Of a stretch of 28,405 nt of DNA, positions 25,301 through 28,405 are shown piece by piece. The notes beneath the pieces are model-generated. The model searched no databases. It worked only from the letters and a program-made list of their open reading frames with translations, and was not told the origin of the DNA. The stretch's first letter is position 1. Every line of letters starts with the position of its first letter. The stretch spans positions 1 through 28,405 of the forward strand of contig NIVC01005026.1 of assembly GCA_002269645.1 (NCBI GenBank), written 5' to 3'. This DNA comes from Macrostomum lignano (lineage: Eukaryota). Made by a program: the position numbers and the translations under genes.

Positions 25301-26681
25301 ACGGCGGACGCGAACCGGTTGGCGGCGACGGGCACCGTGCGTGGGGGGCGCTCCGGCCAGCTGGCCAGGGCCTGGTCGAGGGTCCGCTGGAACAGGTCCC
25401 AGTCCGCCTTGTGGTAGGCGTACCGCGTCAGGCGCTTGGAGCTGGAGCGGGCCGGGCCAGGAGGCTGCGATGTCGATGATGATCGGCAGGTGGTCTGAGC
25501 CGATGTGCTCCCCGGTTCGCCACTCGATCCGGTCTTGCCAGGAGGCGTGGGCGAAGGAGACGTCAGGGGAGCTCGGCAGGCCGCGGGGGCTGATCCTAGT
25601 TGGGGAGCCGTCGTTCAGAGCGACCAGGTCGTAGGTCGTCGCCCAGTCTTCGAGGGCCCTGCCCAGCTCGTCGTCGTCCGCCGAGGCGTCCCACATCCCG
25701 TGGTGGGCGTTGAAGTCGCCCAGCACCAACGAGTCCCGTGAAACGGGGATCCAGTCGGGCTCGAAGGCGTCCGTGCGGCCGTCTGCGGCGCGGACCGGCG
25801 GGAGGTAGATGTTGATCACATCCAGGGGACGTGGTAGCCGGGGGTCGTGGATACGGAGGCCCGAGGCTTCGGCGGACGTGGCGTGGGTGACGAGCTCGCC
25901 TAGTGGAAGGTCGGCGAATTGAATGCCCTCCTTGACAAGGAAGCAGACGCCCCCGTGGTGGGTTCTGGCTGCCTCCCCGTCGCGGCCGATGTTGCGGTCC
26001 TTCCGGCCAGCGATCTGCCACCCTTTGAGGCGTGGGGCCGCTGTGTTGCCGGACAGGTTCGTCTCCTGGATGCAGGCGACGTCGGCGCCCTGCTTCTCCA
26101 GGAAGTGGAGCAGTTCCAGCTTGCGGGAGCGGAGCCCTGCCGCGTTGAGCTGGACGATGCGGAAAGCCGCCCCGCTGTTGTTCGGCGCCCCCGCCCGCGC
26201 TGGTTGCGCCATCAGGGGGGGCGGGGGTGCCGGTGCGGGGTTCGGGGGAGGTGGAGTCGTAGCCGTTGGCGTCTGGTGGGTGCCAGTGGGGCCTGCAGCC
26301 GCGGAGGGGGCCGGAGTCGCAGCGGGCTGCGGCGCTGAAGCGGCAGGCTGGTGGGCGCAGGTGGGACAGTGCCGCGGTGCCTTGTCCCGGTGGAGCCGGT
26401 TGATAGCCGCAATAGTGAGGCGGGAACAGCGGCGGTGCCACCACAGGCCGCAGTCGGAGCAGCAGGTGGAGTAGCCCCTGGCTACCTCCGCACGGGAAGG
26501 CCGGCCCAGGGTTGGACTCGACGTCTCCAGCTCTGAGAAGCAGCTGAGCCAGGTGAGCTGGGAGGCCTGGCTCAGCGTGGAAAAACCCGGGGCGCTCGAA
26601 GACCCTCGCACGGGTCCGGGGTGGTGGCTGCACTTGGCCGGGCGAACCCGGACGGTCCCGCCGCGTGAAGGCGGCAGCCAT
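22313..26681 (-). pseudogene. Disrupted single retrotransposon ORF
   Basis: APE motifs QLNAAGL, IQET, GDFNAH, SDHLPI. RT motifs FRPISLL, QAGFR, ADFSRAYD, PQGSVLAP, YADD. RNase H motifs WTDGS, RAEE, TDSQS, WVPSH, NDAAD. Zn knuckle CPRC-x8-H-x4-C. Frameshifts near 26485, 25455 and 23958; in-frame TAG at 23819-23821. Confidence 0.9.
26502..26543 (-). other. 2A-like ribosomal skipping peptide LLLRAGDVESNPG|P
   Basis: Exact D-x-E-x-N-P-G-P consensus with an upstream LLxxAG helix, in frame with the ATG at 26681. Confidence 0.9.
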
Positions 26682-26724
26682 GGGAAGCGCGCGAGCGCGC
26701 TCCGGGAGGCGGAACCTCCCGACC
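26625..26724 (-). ncRNA. HDV/CPEB3-like self-cleaving ribozyme at the 5' end of the retrotransposon
   Basis: Hand fold: P2 UGGCUGC/GCAGCCA, P3 GCC/GGC, L3 UUCACGC, P1 3' strand GGGACC, J1.1 GU, P4 CCGGG-UUCG-CCCGG, J4/2 CCAA. G1 coincides with the TSD boundary. Confidence 0.75.
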
Positions 26725-26855
26725 TCTCCCCTCTTGTCTCTCCTCTCCTCTCTCTACTCTCTACTCTCTCCTCTCCCCTGTTCTCTCTCCTCTCCCCTCT
26801 TCTCTCCACTCTCCCCCCTCTCTACTCTCCCCTCTTCTCTTTCCTCTCCTCTCTG
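26724..26855. repeat. CT-rich microsatellite, right part
   Basis: Continuation of 22090-22298. Confidence 0.9.
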
Positions 26856-27140
26856 GCCGGCAGTTTTGCGCTAGTTTCAATATCTCGCCCTTAGGTTAAA
26901 AAGTTCGCCGACCTGTGCTCTAACAATTTAACCTTCGCTAAAATATAAAAATAGTAATAAAGAAATTAACTTTTTAAGATGAAAGAAAAAGCTAAGCTAG
27001 AAAATTTAACCAAACGCGGCACTTTGGTCTGGATTTATAGGACAATTTATTAATCATAATGATTAAAAGTACATGTGATACATTGATTGATTGATAAGTT
27101 TCTGTCTGATAAGCAGCATAGCAGATTGAACCGATAGAGT

Positions 27141-27567
27141 TCAGAATTCTTCACTTCCGCTATCCTCTTCAGCGGCAGCTGATTTCGCACCGCTTCTGGT
27201 GCGACGAACTGTTGGCTTAGTTTTCTTTGATGTTGCCGCCTTTTTTGTTGTTGGCACTTTCCGTTTGATGTTGCCGCCGCGTTTGATGTCGCCGCCGCCT
27301 TCGCTATTAGCAGCATCGCCGTCTCCAACTTCGTCTGACTCAGACCTGTCAACTGGATCCTTGTCAACCAATTGGCGAATGCGCTCTTTTTTAGAGTTGA
27401 GCACTCGGGAGAATGCAGTCAGGAGGTTGTCGCGTATGGCGGCCTTCTCAGCGGCAGTTCCAGTGTACTTGGCCAGCAACTGTTCGTTGCGCTGGTGCAG
27501 ATCAGCCAGCTCAGCTGATTGGCTGGCCAAAGCGGCCTGAGCTGCCGCCAGGTGGGACTCCAATGAC
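27141..27567 (-). CDS. XRCC4: XRCC4-like DNA repair protein, last exon (coiled coil and tail)
   Basis: CTGACAG| acceptor. AEKAAIRDNLLTAFSRVLNSKKERIRQL resembles XRCC4 [38 protein letters not shown] resembles DPVYDESTDEE; basic NLS-like patch. Upstream exons not identified in the window. Confidence 0.8.
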
Positions 27568-28405
27568 CTGTCAGAATGAGCATTGTTGAGTTGGTCAAGG
27601 TAATAACTGTATCTATATATTTCCAGTAATAGATAGAACAGGTGTACATCATCCAGTTAATATATGAGGGGTGCTGCACAAATTTTCAGACTGTTCACAG
27701 CAGACATCAGAATAGTTTAAAGAAGTTAAATTTTTACCTAGGGTCTATGGCTTTTGTCTATGGCCCAAATGCATGCATGCAAAATTCAATTGCATTATCA
27801 ATCACATTACATTTTAGGGCTAAATTGGCATGGCAAAATGAATTATAGAGCATATCTATATGTCTGAGTGTATACAAGAGTTAGTAGAATAGGCAGAAAT
27901 GCTTCTTACCAGTTATGACAATGTTACTTAAAATTCACCATGGTACACATAGTCAATGCCTCTAATAAAAAACTATAACTGGCAACAGGAGTCTACTCTG
28001 CTTTATCTTTGATAAAACAAAAGTTTTATCCAAATTATTTAGTTTTGCTTCATATTAGCAAAATTAAAGTTTTTAGATTATTCTTTAATTTAGATTTTTA
28101 ATATATATGGACTTGAAACTATATTTTAAAGAACAGCTTATATATAGGCCAAAAAAAAAAAATGATTTAAAGGCATACTATGTCTAATACTAATATTAGT
28201 TTTATATATCTAATTAAATTTTCATTATAGAATTTAAAGTAAGGCTAAGATTGATTAATGAAAATAAAGAAAAAACACAAAATAACTTAAACAAAAATAA
28301 ACTTTTAAATGCCAAATATAAAAATCAACAAAAAAATTTAAAAACATGTACAATAAAAACTCTGTATAGAAATGTGGTAGGCCTTCTGCTCTCTCTTTAT
28401 AAGCT

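Larger units (their letters stand above)
22299..26724 (-). mobile_element. Full-length Ingi/I-group non-LTR retrotransposon (ribozyme-2A-PHD-APE-RT-RNase H-CCHC)
   Basis: 13-14-bp TSD CTCTCCCCTCTTGT at 22285-22298 and 26724-26737; (CAA)6 tail; complete domain set; sharp GC shift at both ends. Confidence 0.93.

Noticed and set aside
22327-26536. Many + strand and alternate-frame ORFs over the retrotransposon (e.g. 23980-25479, 499 aa)
   Set aside because: Expected from stop-poor, GC-rich antisense frames; no recognisable motifs.
26682-26809. N-terminus MERRGERRE... of the 574-aa ORF
   Set aside because: Runs in from the CT repeat outside the TSD; the real start is likely the ATG at 26681 in another frame.

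Overview
Eukaryotic (animal) genomic DNA: AT-rich, intron-containing and packed with unrelated micro- and minisatellites. The style suggests a flatworm such as Macrostomum, but that is inference only. On the + strand (about 1060-15565) is a multi-exon neuregulin/vein-like EGFR-ligand gene (Ig - EGF - TM - long cytoplasmic tail) that the ORF track misses; almost every large intron holds its own tandem array. On the - strand is a tight run of three conserved genes: the last exon of XRCC4, an intronless TMEM18, and a COMMD7-like gene of which only the COMM domain is visible. Between XRCC4 and TMEM18 is a full-length, TSD-flanked, GC-rich Ingi/I-group non-LTR retrotransposon (PHD-APE-RT-RNase H-CCHC; 3 frameshifts and 1 stop) inserted in a CT microsatellite. 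Its first 100 nt fold into an HDV/CPEB3-type self-cleaving ribozyme whose P1 helix appears split by two hairpins into a four-way junction. The ORF start codon lies inside the ribozyme, and a 2A ribosomal-skipping peptide (LLLRAGDVESNPGP) follows. A tRNA-derived CORE-SINE and a second tRNA-like SINE sit in the COMMD intron. All structures and exon joins were derived by hand and need computational or experimental confirmation.
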